Of a stretch of 64,000 nucleotides of DNA, positions 36,301-48,760 are shown one piece after another. The notes under the pieces were generated by a model that worked only from the letters and a program-made list of their open reading frames with translations, ran no database searches and was not told where the DNA came from. Each line of letters starts with the position of its first letter. Position 1 is the stretch's first letter. A program made the translations under genes and the position numbers. The stretch comes from Chiloscyllium plagiosum (taxonomy: Eukaryota). The stretch is taken from contig NC_057712.1 in the NCBI RefSeq assembly GCF_004010195.1, forward strand, positions 102,338,468 through 102,402,467. Reading direction: 5' to 3'.

Positions 36301-39300
36301 TGTGGTGCGAGTCCCAGTAGAGTGAGTCCCAGCAGTTTTGTCCCAGCAGTGTCTATCCTAGCAGATTAAATCACAGCAGTGTGAATCCCAGCAGTATGAA
36401 TCCAAGCAGCGTCTGTCCCAGCAGTCTGAGTCCCAGCAATATGAATCCCTGCAGTGTGCATCTCAGCAGTGTGAGTCCAGGCAGTTTGCGTCCCAGCAGT
36501 GTGAATCCCAGCAGATGGAATCCCAGCAGTGTGAATACCAGCAGTATGAGTCCCCACAGTTTGAATCCCAGGAGTATGAGTCCCAGCAGTGTGAATCCCA
36601 GCAGTGTGAATCACAGGATGCTGAATCCCAGCACTGTTTGTCCCAGCAATGTGACTTACTTCGACACCAGCCCTAGCAGTGTGAATCCCAGCAGTGTCAC
36701 TCCCAACAATGTCACTCCCAGCAGTGTGAGTCCCTGCAGTGTGAGTCCCTGCAGTGTCACTCCCAGCAATGTGAATCTCAGCGGTGTGAGTCCCAGCAGA
36801 TTAATTCGCAGCAGTGTGATTCCCAGCAGTATGAATCGCAGCAGTGCCAGTACAAGCAATGAGAATCCCAGCACTGCAAGTCCCAGCAGCATCAGTTCCA
36901 GCAGTATGAATCCCAGCAGTGTGCATCCCAGCAGTTGGAAAGAAAGCAATGTGATTCCCAGCCAGCAGTGTGCATCCCAGCAGTTGGAAAGAAAGCAATG
37001 TGATTCCCAGCAGCTAGAGCTCCAGCAGTGTGAATCCCAGCAGTGTGATTCCCAGCAGTGAGAATCCCAGCAGTTAGAATCCCAGCAATGTGAATCCCAG
37101 CAGCTAGAGCTCCAGCAGTGTGAATCCCAACAGTGTGATCCTAGCCGTGTGAGTCCCAGAAGAGTGAATCCCAACCTTGTGACTCCCAGCAGTTTGAATC
37201 CCAGCAGAATGAGTCCAAACAATGTGGATGCCAGCCATGTCAATCTCAGTAGTGTCAGTTCCAGTAGTGTGAATCCCAGCAGTGAGTATCCCAGCAGTTT
37301 GAATCCCAGCAGTGAGTATCCCTGCACTGTCATTCCCAGCAGTGTGAATCCCACGATGTGAGTACGAACAATGTGAATCCCAGCAGTTTGAGTCCCAGCA
37401 GAGTGAGCTCCAGTAGTATGAATCCCAGCAGTGCAAGTCCCAGCAGTCTCACTCCCAGCAATGTGAATCCCAGCAATGTGAATCCCAGCAGTGCCATTCC
37501 CAGCAATGTGAATCTCAGCGATGCGAGTCCCAGTAGAGTGAGTCCCAGCAGTGTCTATCTCAGCAGATTAAATCACAGCAGTGTGATTCCTAGCAGTATG
37601 AATCTCAGCAGCATCCGTCCCAGCAGTCTGACTCCCAGCAATATGAATCCCTGCAGTGTGCATCTTAGCATGTGAGTCCAGGCAGTATGCTTCCCAGCAG
37701 TGTGAATACGAACGAATGGAAACCCAGCAGTTTGAATCCCAGCAGAGTGAGCTCCAGTAGTATGAATCCCTGCAGTGTGAATTCCAGCAGTATGAATCCC
37801 AGCAGTGTCACTCCCAGCAATGTGAATCCCAGCAATGTGAATCCCAGCAGTGTCACTCTCAGCAATGTGAATCTCAGTGGTGCGAATCCCAGTAGAGTGG
37901 GTCCCAGCAGTTTTTGTCCCAGCAGTGTCTATCCCAGCAGGGTGAGTCCCAGCAGATTAAATCACAGCATTGTGATTCCCAGCTGTATGAATCCCAGCAA
38001 CGTCCATCCCAGCAATATGAATCCCTGCAGTGTGCATCTCAGCAGTGTGACTCCAGGTAGTGTGCTTCCCAGCAGACGGAATCCCAGCAGTGTGAATACC
38101 AGCAGTGTGAGTCCCCCAGTTTGAATCCCAGGAGTATGAGTCCTAGCAGTGTGAATCCCAACAGTTTGAATCCCAACAGTGTGATCCCAGCAGTGTGAGT
38201 CCCGGCACTGATATTCCCAGCCGTGAGATTCCCACGAGTGTGAATGCGAGCAATGTGAATCCCAGCAGTGTGAATCACAGGATGTTGAATCCCAGCACTC
38301 TTTCTCCCAGCAATGTGAATTCCTGCAACACCAGCCCTAGCAGTGTGAATCCCAGCAATGCCACTCCCAGCAGTGTGAGTCTCAGCAGTGCGTGTTCCAG
38401 CAGTGTGAATCCCACCAGTGTGTGTACCAGCAGTGATTCCCAGGGGTGTGAATCCCAGCAGTGAGAATCCAGCAGTGTGAATCCCAGCAGTGTGAATCCC
38501 ACCAGTGTGTGTACCAGCAGTGTGATTCCCAGGAGTGTGAATCCCAGCAGTGAGAATCCAGCAGTGTGAATCCCAGCAGTGTGAATCCCAGCAGTGTCAC
38601 TCCCAGCAATTTGAATCCCAGCAGTGTGATTCCCAGCAGTATGAATCCCATCAGCGCCAGTCCAAGCAGTGAGAATCTCATCACTGTAAATCCCAGCAGC
38701 ATCAGTCCCAGCATGGTGAGTCTCAGCAGTATGAATCCCAGCAGTGTGATTCCCAGCAGTTGGAATCCCCGCTGTTTGAATCCCAGGAGCATGAGTCCCA
38801 GTAATGTGCAACACAGCCGTGAGAATCCAGTGAAAATCCAGCAGTGTGAATCCCAGCAGTTAGTATCCCAGCACTGTCATTCCCAGCAGTGAGATTCCCA
38901 CGAGTGTGAAACCCAGCTGTGATTAGCTTACATTACAGTGTGGAAACAGGCCCTTCGGCCAAATAAGTCCACACCGACCCGCCAAAGCGCAACCCACCCA
39001 TACCCCTATATTTACCTCTTACCTAACACTACGGGCAATTTAGCATGGCCAATTCACCTGACCTGCACATCTTTGGACTGTGGGAGGAAACCGGAGCACC
39101 CGGGGGAAACCCACGCAGAGAACGTGCAAACTCCACACAGTCAGTCGCCTGAGGCGGGAATTGAACCCGGGTCTCTGGCGCTGTGAGGCAGCAGTGCTAA
39201 CCACTGTGCCACCGTGCCGCCCACAGTGTGAGTGGCAGCAGTGTGAGTCCCACCAATGCGAATCCCAGCAGTGTGAATCCCAGCACTGAGAATCCAGCAG

Positions 39301-41213
39301 TGTGAATCCCACAATATGAATCCCAGCAGTGTCACTCCCAGCAATGTGAATTTCAGCAGTGCGAGTCCCAGTAGAGTGAATCCCAGTAGTTTCTGTCCCA
39401 GCAGTGTCTATTCCAGCAGCGTAAATCCCAGCAAATTAAATCGCAACAGTGTGATTCCCAGCAGTATGAATCCCAGCAGCGTCCTTCCCAACAGTATGAA
39501 TTCCTGCAGTGTGCATCTCAGCAGTGTGACTCCAGGCAGTGTGAATCCCAGCAGATGGAATCCCAACAGTGTGAATGCTAGTAGTGTGAGTCCCCGCAGT
39601 TTGAATCCCAGGAGTATGAGTCCCAGCAGTGTGAATCCCAGCAGTTTGAATCCAACAGTGTGATCCCAGCAGTGTGAGTCCCAGCACTGACATTCCCAGC
39701 AGTGAGATTCCCATGAGTGTGAATGTGAGCAGTGTGAATCCCAGCAGTGTGAATCACAGCAATGTGAATCACAGGATGCTGAATCCCAGCACTCTTTCTT
39801 CCAGCAATGTGAATTCCCACAACACCAGCCCTAGCAGTGTGAATCCCAGCAATGTCACTCCCAGCATTGTCACTCCCAGCAGTGTGAATCCCACCAGTGT
39901 GTGTCCCAGCAGTATGATTCCCAGGAGTGTGAAACCCAGCAGTGTGATTCCCAGGACTGTGAATCCCAGCAGTTTGAATCCAAGCAGCGTCACAACCAGC
40001 AGTGTCACTCCCAGCAATGTGAATCCTAGCAGTGTGAATCCCAGCAGTATGATTCCCAGCAGTATGAATCCCATCAGCGCCAGTCCAAGCAGTGAGAATC
40101 TCAGCACTGTAAGTCCCAGCAGCATCAGTCCCAGCAGTGTGAGTCCCAGCAGTGTGAGTCCCAGCAGTATGAATCCCAGCAGTGTGCATCTCAGCAGTGT
40201 GAATCCCAGCAATGTGATTCCCAGCAGTTAGAATCCCAGCAGTGTCACACCCAGCAGTGAGCATCCCAGCAGTGTGAGTCCCCACTGTTTGAATCCCAGG
40301 AGCATGAGTCCCAGTAGTGTGCAACACAGCAGTGAGAATCCTGCAGTATGAATCCCAGCAGTGAGTATCCTAGCACTGTCATTCCCAGCAGTGTTAAATC
40401 CCGCAATGGGAATCCTAGCTGCAAGAGTTCCAGCAGTGTCAATTCCAGCAGTTTGTGCACCAGCTGTGTAAATCCCAGCAGTGTCAGTCCCACAAGTGTG
40501 ATTCCCAGCTGCATGAGTTCCAGCAGTGTGAGTCCCAGCAGTGTGAATCCCAGCAGTGTGAATCCCAGCAGTGCGAATCCCAGCAGTGTGAATCCCAGCA
40601 ATGTGAGCACCAGCTGTGTCAGTCCTTGCAATGTGAATCCCAGCTGAATGAATCCTAGCAGTGTGAATCCCAGCAGTGAGAATCCCAGGAGTGTGAATCC
40701 CAGCAGTGTGAATCCCAGCAGTGTCTGCCACAACCCTGTGAATCCCAGCAGTGTTAGTCCCAGCAGTGTGAATCACAGCAGGCTGAATCCCAGGAGTGTG
40801 AATCCCAGCGCTGTCAGTCCCAGCAGTAAAAATCCCAGCAACGACAGTCCAAGCAGTGTGAATCCCAGCAGTGTCACACCCAGCAGTATGAGTCCCAGCA
40901 TTGTATCCCAGCATTGTGAGTGCCTGCAGTATGAAAGCCAGCAATGTGAATCCCAGCAGCAGGAGTTCCAGCAGTGTGAGCCCCAGCAGTTTGTATCCCT
41001 GCAGTGTAAGCACCAGCGGTGTCGGTCCTAGCAGTGTGAATCCCAGCAGTATCCATCCCAGCAGTGTGAATCCCAGCGCTGTCAGTTCCAGCAGTGTGAG
41101 GCCCAGCATAGTAAATCCCAGCAGTATGAATCCTAGCATTGAAAATTCCAGCAGTGTGAGTCCCAGCGTTGTGAATCCCAACAGTGTCTGTCCCAGCAGT
41201 TTGAATCCCAGCG
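30395..41213. repeat. ~10.8 kb minisatellite, 15-bp unit GTGAATCCCAGCAGT (roughly 700 variant units)
   Basis: Direct reading; generates (VNPSS)n, (CESQQ)n, (GFTLL)n, (GIHTA)n and (WDSHC)n ORFs. Confidence 0.98.
38921..39222 (-). mobile_element. Young full-length HE1/V-SINE-type SINE inserted in the minisatellite
   Basis: tRNA head with A box (tggcacagtgg) and B box (ggttcaattccc), V-domain, CR1-like tail; CpGs retained. Confidence 0.93.
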
Positions 41214-41428
41214 CTGATGAACAGATCCATATCTTCATGTGATTGCACAAGAAAGCATGGTTGTTCCCAGGCGCAGAGATGATGCTGTGAAGAACAGAAA
41301 CCCGTGTGTGCACAGGGCTTTTTTGTCGGAATGCCAGGGATCTCACTTCACAAAATCTTGTCCAATTCAGTCCATTGTTATCTTTCACCTGAAGGTGCTT
41401 GATGACAAATGAGGATCGTGCACCATTA

Positions 41429-41639
41429 CAGGCTGTTCTGCTATAACATGATAGTTCTAGCCCTATGCATTATTAGAAAACTGCCTCATAGCAGTACCAT
41501 TTAAATCAATGCGACCAGAATCAAGTTATAGCCAATGTAGGTGAGGAATGTTCGCATTCTGGAAATAATGGTCTAAATTCTTCAATCGCATTATTGTCAA
41601 TTTGCGTTGATGAAACACACGATGTTGCAGGACCAACTG
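41429..41639. mobile_element. Tc1/mariner (Tigger-like) MITE remnant
   Basis: TA|CAGGCTGTTCTGC...GCAGGACCAACTG|TA: imperfect TIRs starting CAG, flanked by TA. Confidence 0.6.
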
Positions 41640-41726
41640 TACTCTAAAGGTTCTTAAAGTCACTTGAACCTTCCAAAATATTTCAATCAAATTCAAAATA
41701 TTCTCCCCAGGGCCAATTCCAAGCTC

Positions 41727-41927
41727 GGTAAAAATAATGACTGCAGATGCTGGAAACCAGATTCTGGATTAGAGGTGCTGAAAATGCACAGCAGTTCAGG
41801 CAGCATCCGAGGAACAGTAAAATCGATGTTTCGGGCAAATTCCTGATGAAGGGCTTTCGCCTGAAACGTCGATTTTACTGCTCCTTGGATGCTGCCTGAA
41901 CAGCTGTGCTTTTCCAGCACCTCTAAT
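41727..41927. mobile_element. 201-bp inverted PLE-derived mini-element with a 14-bp TSD
   Basis: CCAATTCCAAGCTC at 41713-41726 and 41928-41941; the two arms are reverse complements. Confidence 0.9.
41839..41874 (+). ncRNA. Minimal hammerhead ribozyme motif
   Basis: attc-CUGAUGA-A-GGGC(UUUC)GCCU-GAAA-C-GUC-gatt; core intact, stem I weak. Confidence 0.75.
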
Positions 41928-43139
41928 CCAATTCCAAGCTCCCCATGAATGGCTCCCCCTGAGGCATTCTCAAAGCATGGGATTCTGGGTGTTCTCTTCA
42001 CAAAGTTTCTGCAACCTGTGAACTTTCTCAACTTGAGGAAGAATTCATGTGGAATCAGGATGGACTTGAAATTCCTTTTAGCTCCTGGACACTATTTGAA
42101 TCAAATTCTTTGTAAAAATGATGGAATTACCTCAGTGCTTAGGCAGACCATCAGGTCTTCAGTATCAGCTCTGGAGGTTTGTTCACCTGAGCCAACTATC
42201 TATTCTCACTCCTTTGCCAGTACCGAGGTGAGTGTATGGATGCAATAAAATGTAGGCAACAGTAAATGTCACAAGTCAGTCTCGCCATTCAATTTAGGCC
42301 AATTTGAAACTGATCAGTCATTTAGTTAACTAAAATCAGATATTTTTATCGCTTTCCTAAGGGGAAGGTATAAAGTCCATCTCGTTGATTTTATTTTTGA
42401 GTGCCAAAGTGCTTTGTCTTAATGCCAATAGCAATAATGTTTCATCCCACCCTCTCCCAGCTCTCAATCTCATATATTAGGTAATTGGGTACCGAGACCG
42501 TACTCCCTCACCTTCCCAGCAATAATCCGGATTTAATAAGTGTTAATAAAATGGCGATCCATTCGAGCTGAGCAGTGCCACAACATCAACAGATCTCAAC
42601 ATTTTACCTCATCAAGGGGCAGCGTTTTCTTTAAAGGTTCAGGATACTAACTGGAGTTACTGCAAGGAACATAAATAATAACATCACAGTTGTATATCTT
42701 TTCAGATGTGGGTTTTTATTTTGGTGATTTTAATACCTTAATCTAAATACTTTTGCAGTTTGCACCAAAGAGGCTGGAAATCCTCTCGAATCATGTTCCA
42801 TCCTGTTGCTTCACATGACCTAATCTCGAGGCCAAAGCCAACGTGTATTGGGACCTGGGGCCATTTATTTGGGTGAATTGTGAATGCATCTGAATTTCTG
42901 CAGGTAGCTCACCCTTTTGAGGAATATGAATGTCGGGGCTGCCAGCCCTCTCTGGTGATCCAGAGTCAGGGTCAACTGCCAATGAGTGAGAGAAAGCAAA
43001 CGAGAGCACCGTAAAGCCGAGGGAAGCACAGTTACTCCCTTTAGCTTCAGAGCAATGAGTAAAGAGCAAAAAGCTGCTGAAGCCATTTAAACCCAGTTCC
43101 TGATCTGATCATTGCTCTCCACTTTCAGCAAGGGAGTTA

Positions 43140-43140
43140 C

Positions 43141-43174
<34 letters not shown>
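43140..43174. repeat. (TA)n(GA)n compound microsatellite
   Basis: Direct reading. Confidence 0.9.
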
Positions 43175-43175
<1 letters not shown>

Positions 43176-44374
43176 GCCTAACTCCTGTATTAAGTGGCTG
43201 GCAGAGATTCCTGAAAGATAGCACAGCCTAATTTCTAATCCAGAAGTTTTAGTCAGATAATAGTCATGTCACCCTGTTTCTCATATCATTTTTTTGAACG
43301 TGGTTATAAATAAATCATCAGTCACAGAATATAAAATGCAATTAACCAATACAGCGGCCATCTGCATTTCAACCGCCTGCAGCCCAGATCACAGCATCGC
43401 GTTGGTACATCTTGACACAACTTTCACCATGGTTTAATTAATCAGAAAAGCTCAAAATAAATATCATTCTTATTCAGTTTGGCTCTGAAGGCTAGAACAA
43501 TAAATACAAGTGGACGGCTGACTCAGACATTAAAGACTTGACTACATTTGATATTTGTGCAGTTGCTGACCATAAGGTCCAGTTTGCCTTCATGCTGTGC
43601 AGGAGCCAAGTGTCTTGCCAATTACCCTGGTTTTATCAAGAATCTTGAGGTTTAGTTTTAGGAAGGAGAGATGTTGACACTGCACAAATGTCCAAATGGT
43701 GGGGAAATACTCAGCCTTTTGTTTTGATTGACAGATCCGCAAGATTGCTGTGTGCTTGGGTGGCAGACGGCAAGTTTATTCTGTTACTTCTGATACAACA
43801 GCTATAGCAGAAAGATGATTATCAGCAGTATTGAGTCTGGAAGCTCTACAAAAGCAGCGACTGACTCAGGAATATTTGGAGCGGTAGCTTTTGTGTGCAA
43901 GTTCAGGAATTCGGATTATGTGAAAAGCAGAGATCCAAATTCAAAATAGTGTCTCCAGTCTGAAGCTAACCAGAGGATTTTTGTTGAGTAACATTAGCTG
44001 GATGCCAAATTAGCCTCACTTTTATGTGCAGTCCCTTTCCTCCAACAGTCCTGATGTCAACACAGCAACATTTGCTGAAATATATAAAGTTGTATCATCT
44101 AAATATCAAACCAGTGTAAGGTGGACTAACATTTTACAAACATGTTACAATATTGAACATTGTTACATTTGTACTATAAGGAAATTTCTTGAATTTGGAA
44201 TGTCACTAATGAAGAGACGTTGTGCTGGAGTTGAAGCTTCCAGAATACTTCCTCCTGAGTCAAATGGTTCTGTATTTAAGCCCCAGTCCACCTGCCAGGC
44301 CAATACCAGAGTGCAATACTGGACTGTTGGAGTTGCCACCTTTTTGATAATATTTTATATTCGCAGAATCACCG

Positions 44375-45212
44375 AATTGTTGCAGCACAGGAAGAGGCCA
44401 TTCATGGCAATGTCCCTGCACCCAGTTCTCCATAGGATCAATGTGCCCAGTGCCTCTCCCATGTCTTACCCCAGCAGCCCTGCACATTGTTCCTTTTCCG
44501 ATAGCAAACCAAATCTCTCCTGAATGCCTGTCTTGAACCTACCTCTAAGACACACTCTGACAGCAATTTCCAGATCCTAACCACTCACAGCCTGATAAAG
44601 CTCATCCTCATGTTACCATTGCTTCCTTTGGCATTTATTATAAATCTGTGCCCTCTATTTCAAAATCCTTCCATCAATGGGAACACTTTCCCCCTTCTAC
44701 GTGGTACAGATCCCTCAAGATTTTGAACATCAAACTCAATCAAATCTCACCTCAACCTTCTCTATTCAAAGAAAGCAATCTGAACATCTCCAAACTACAT
44801 AACTGCAGTGCCTCAGGCCAAGATTAGAAGGATGAGAAGGAATCTGATTGGAAAATACAACTTGAACAGACTGGATAGACTAGATATAGGGAGGATATTT
44901 CCCCTGGATGGAGAGTCTTAAACCAAAGGTCGACGGCTCAGAAAACAGAATAGACCATTTCGGGGTGAGATGAGGAAACATTCCTTCCCTCAAAGGGCAG
45001 TGAAACTGTGGATTGCTCTACCGCAGATGACTGTGGAGGCCAAGTCATTGAAACTATTCAAGAAAGAGATATATGTTCAGGTATCAATGGCATTGGCAGG
45101 TAGGAGCAGAAAGGAAAATTGTGACATTGAGAGGATCAGCCATGATCATATTGAGTGTCAGAGCAGCTGAAAAGGGCAGAATGATCTGCTGCTCCCCCTT
45201 GTTTCAATGTTT
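44375..45212. mobile_element. Two old CR1 3' fragments in opposite orientation (44375-44815 minus; 44820-45212 plus)
   Basis: MRKHSFPQRAVKLWIALP..FKKEI on plus; reverse CR1 tail on the left. Confidence 0.7.
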
Positions 45213-46019
45213 TTATGAGAGAAATCACAGACCCTGAAGTTTCTGCTGTTTCCAAGCCTTCTCCTTTAAACCTCTGTAAACATCACCTGCATTCAAATAA
45301 TAATGACAACAAAACAGCGCAGCTTATTTTTTCACACAAATCTTTGCACCAAATATTTTATACACAGTGTACAACCTTTACTTTTCCAGCACTCAGGTAT
45401 TTAATGTGATCAGATGAAGTGTTGTTAGTTATATTTTGTTTTAAGTAAACGGAGATAAACCGAACCAACAAGTCATTTTTAAAAGAGAGCACGTCTCTGC
45501 ATTGGCACCAGATGTTTGCAACATGGTAATTAATGTCAGTCTATGGAGTGATGCACACTACCTCAGTCTCTAACTTCTACATGCTCAGAGACAGGGCACT
45601 TAACAGGTTTTAGAATTGGATCAGTAAAGACGGAAAAAATCATTCAAGACGAAAGAAAGTGGTAAAGTCTGGTCAAGGGAGTGCAGAGATCCCAGTACCC
45701 ATTATGTCCTCTGTCCAACATCTGACCCTGCAATCACTGCCTGCTGTCATGTCACTTGCTTTTTTTAAAATTATGCTCATATTTCACAGTTTGCCATCTT
45801 ATCACTCTTAACATTATTTGCGCAACAAAAGATATACAGATAATAAATTAACAATAATTTAACAATTTGCACCAATTGATGGTTAGGATAAATTTGCTGA
45901 AAGAGTAAGCATTCTTAAGCGAGGCCACATGCGCTTAAGCGTGCATCACAGCTGCTCTACAAAGACTGTACTCAGTGCGGGCTCACCTCCAACAGGGCGT
46001 TTGTTGCTGATCTGAGTCT

Positions 46020-46250
46020 TGTTGATTGTTGACATATGTACAGGGAAACAGTGAAAAGTGTTGTTTTGCATGCTCTTCAGGCAGATCGTACCATACCAAG
46101 TGCTTCAGGGTAGCACAACCCTGTGCAGAATACAGTATTACAGCCACAGAGAAGGTGTATATAGAGAGAGAGAGAGAGAGATCAGAATTAACATTTGAGC
46201 GGTCCATTCAAAAGTCTGATAACAGCGGGGAAGAAGTTGTTCTTGAATGC
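46020..46250 (-). mobile_element. 3' end of a Rex1/Babar-like LINE
   Basis: Minus translation FKNNFFPAVIRLLNG; 3'UTR cttttcactgtttccctgtacatatgtcaacaat. Confidence 0.65.
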
Positions 46251-46769
46251 TGATGTGATAATGCTTCAGTTATCTCCCTGAACATAAGAAACTGGGTGTG
46301 GATATTGCAGCACTGGATAATCCAACAGACATTTATTACAACCATCTATTGCATACAAACATTGTGCTCCTCAGACACTTGATAAGTGGGCTAGAATAAA
46401 GCTGGTAGTTTGTAACAGATGAGCATGTTTCCAGAAGAGCACCGTGCTTTAAGTGGTCTGAACTAAGATGGAATAATGGATCTAAGAAAATTTAAAAATG
46501 ATAAATGGAAGTTCACACCAAATTTGGATTTCAAAAATAGGGTTTTCAAAGTGCAGTTAGATGTTCTGATGTGAGAGTTGACATACTAAAGGAATCATAA
46601 CAAAAATGAAAGATTATGTCTTGATTTACCTTTGTAGCCCTTGGTTTAATTATTGTAACAGGTTTAAAAACCAGAAGGTAAACTAGCCCTCAATGCAAAT
46701 GCAGCGCGGTTTTGGTTACCTTCAAGATTTCAGACTTGAGGGAAAATGCAAGTCACATTACAATTCATA

Positions 46770-47452
46770 CATGGGATGTGATTAAGCCAATGTTTATTGC
46801 CCATTCATAATTGCCCTTGAGAAGTTGGTGGTAAGCTTCCTTCTTAACCAAAGTAGTCCTTGAGGTGGAAGCATTTCCTTGGTACTGTTATGGAGGGAGT
46901 TCACAGGATTTTGAGCCAGTAACAAGGAAGTGACAGTTATTGGCTTCCAGGCACAGATGGCACAGATGTGAGTTGGGAAGTTGGTGATGTGTCCATGTAT
47001 CTGCTGACCTTATCCTTCTAGGTAGTAGATATTGTGGTGTTGTAGGGGAGTCCTAGAAGAGCCCTTGGTGAATTGCTGCAATGAATCTTATAGATGATAT
47101 CGATGCTGTGTTGATGGTGAAGGGAATGAATATTCAGAAAGGTGAATGGGACCTCAATCAAGTAGACAGTTTTTTTTTCCTGGATGGCATCATGCTTCTT
47201 AAATGTTGTTGGAGCTGTACTCATCTGGGCAAATGGAGAGTATTCCATTGCACTCCTGACTTGAGTCAACTGGATGATAGACAGGCATTGAAGAGAGAGA
47301 AGATGAGATGTGCAGCAATTCCTGGAATCTAACCTTCACTTTGTAGGACTAGTTATCTATTTGGCTAACTCACTTCGGTTTCTGGTCAATATAACCACCA
47401 TTGATGTTGATAGTGGGGGATTCAGTGATGGTAATGCTATTGAATGTCAAGG
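46770..47452 (-). mobile_element. Second-family CR1/L2-group LINE 3' fragment
   Basis: QVRSAMEYSPFA..APTTFKKHDAIQEK..HSLHH; tail aataaacattggct...cacatcccatg. Confidence 0.75.
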
Positions 47453-47454
47453 AT

Positions 47455-48760
47455 GTCAAGCTAACTGGCCTACAGCTTCCTATTTTCTGGCTTCCTCCCT
47501 TCTTATACATATTTACTATTTTCAAGTATGATGGATCCATTCAGAATTGAGAACATTTTGGAAGATTGACAACTACTGCATTAGTGGATACTAAGGCATG
47601 AGTGGATTTTAAGGCACTAGGGTGAAGTCCATTCAGACCTGGAGACTTGTTGCCCACAGCTCTATCAATTTGCTCCACATCACTTGCCTTGCGATTATAT
47701 TTTGTAAAATTCCTCTCTCCCTTCCACCTCCTGTCTTACATCTATTACTGGAATGCTTAGTGTACTTTGTAGTGAAGGCAGGAGCAAAATATTTGGACAC
47801 CTCGTCTGCCATTATTGGATCATACAGAATAGAAGAGGTCCTTCAGCCCATTAAGTCTGTGGCACCAAAAATATACTGCAACTTACATTAGCCCCACCTT
47901 CCCAAACGTGCCCCACAGCCCTGAATGTTAAGATGCTTCAAGTGCTCATCCAAGTACTCTTTAAAAGTTATAAGTTTTCTGCTGCAACTACCATCCCAGG
48001 TCCCACCACCCTCTGTATGAAATGGTTTCCCACAAATCCCCTCTAAATCTTGTGCCTTTCACTTCAAACTAATGGCCCCTTGTTATTGACCCTTTGACTA
48101 AGGGGAACAGCTGTTTTCTATGCACCCTCTCTGTACCCCGCATAATCTTGTACATCTTAATCAGATCCACTCTCAACCTTCCATGCTCCAAAAAAAACAG
48201 CTTGAGTCTATTCAGCCTCTCCTCACAACTGAACTACTCAATCCCAGACAACAACTTGGTGAATCTCCTTTGTACTCTCTCCAGTGCATCTTCTTTCAAT
48301 ATGCAGTTTCTGTGTTTAATTGGCAAATCTCACTCTCTAGAGGACCAACAGCCAATTCAGTTATGTTTAATTCCACTTTAGATACATATACAAATTTTGC
48401 TACCTGTTTTACATTTCTATCTTGCTTCCTCTCATGCTCTAATATCTTCCTCCTGATTAACCTCTGCCTTTCTTTTATCTTCTAGCCTGGCCTGTGCAGT
48501 TAAATGCTTTTTCCTTAAGTTTGATGCTTTCCATAACCTTTTTAGTTAACCATGGATGGTGGATAACCCCTTTAACACTTGCCTTTATAGCAGGAATTCA
48601 TATATATTTGAATATTCTGAAATGTGCTGTAAATGTCTTTTTATTGAATGATTCCCTTACCTAGTATGCTGGCTCATTTCAGCTAGCTCAGCTTACATAA
48701 CCAAAAATCCAAGTCTTAGAACCAATCTTCTCCCTTTCAAAATATTACTATTACAACTAT
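47455..48760 (-). mobile_element. Cluster of old CR1 fragments (3' end at ~47820-48290 nested in older pieces)
   Basis: Reverse-strand CR1 RT and tail motifs, heavily decayed. Confidence 0.6.

Noticed and set aside
41213-41260. CTGATGA immediately after the minisatellite as a hammerhead
   Set aside because: No stem II followed by GAAA at the proper spacing.
30292-41388. Long ORFs (up to 688 aa) as genuine genes
   Set aside because: They occur in nearly all frames on both strands, switch peptide type at indels and follow trivially from a stop-poor 15-bp unit.
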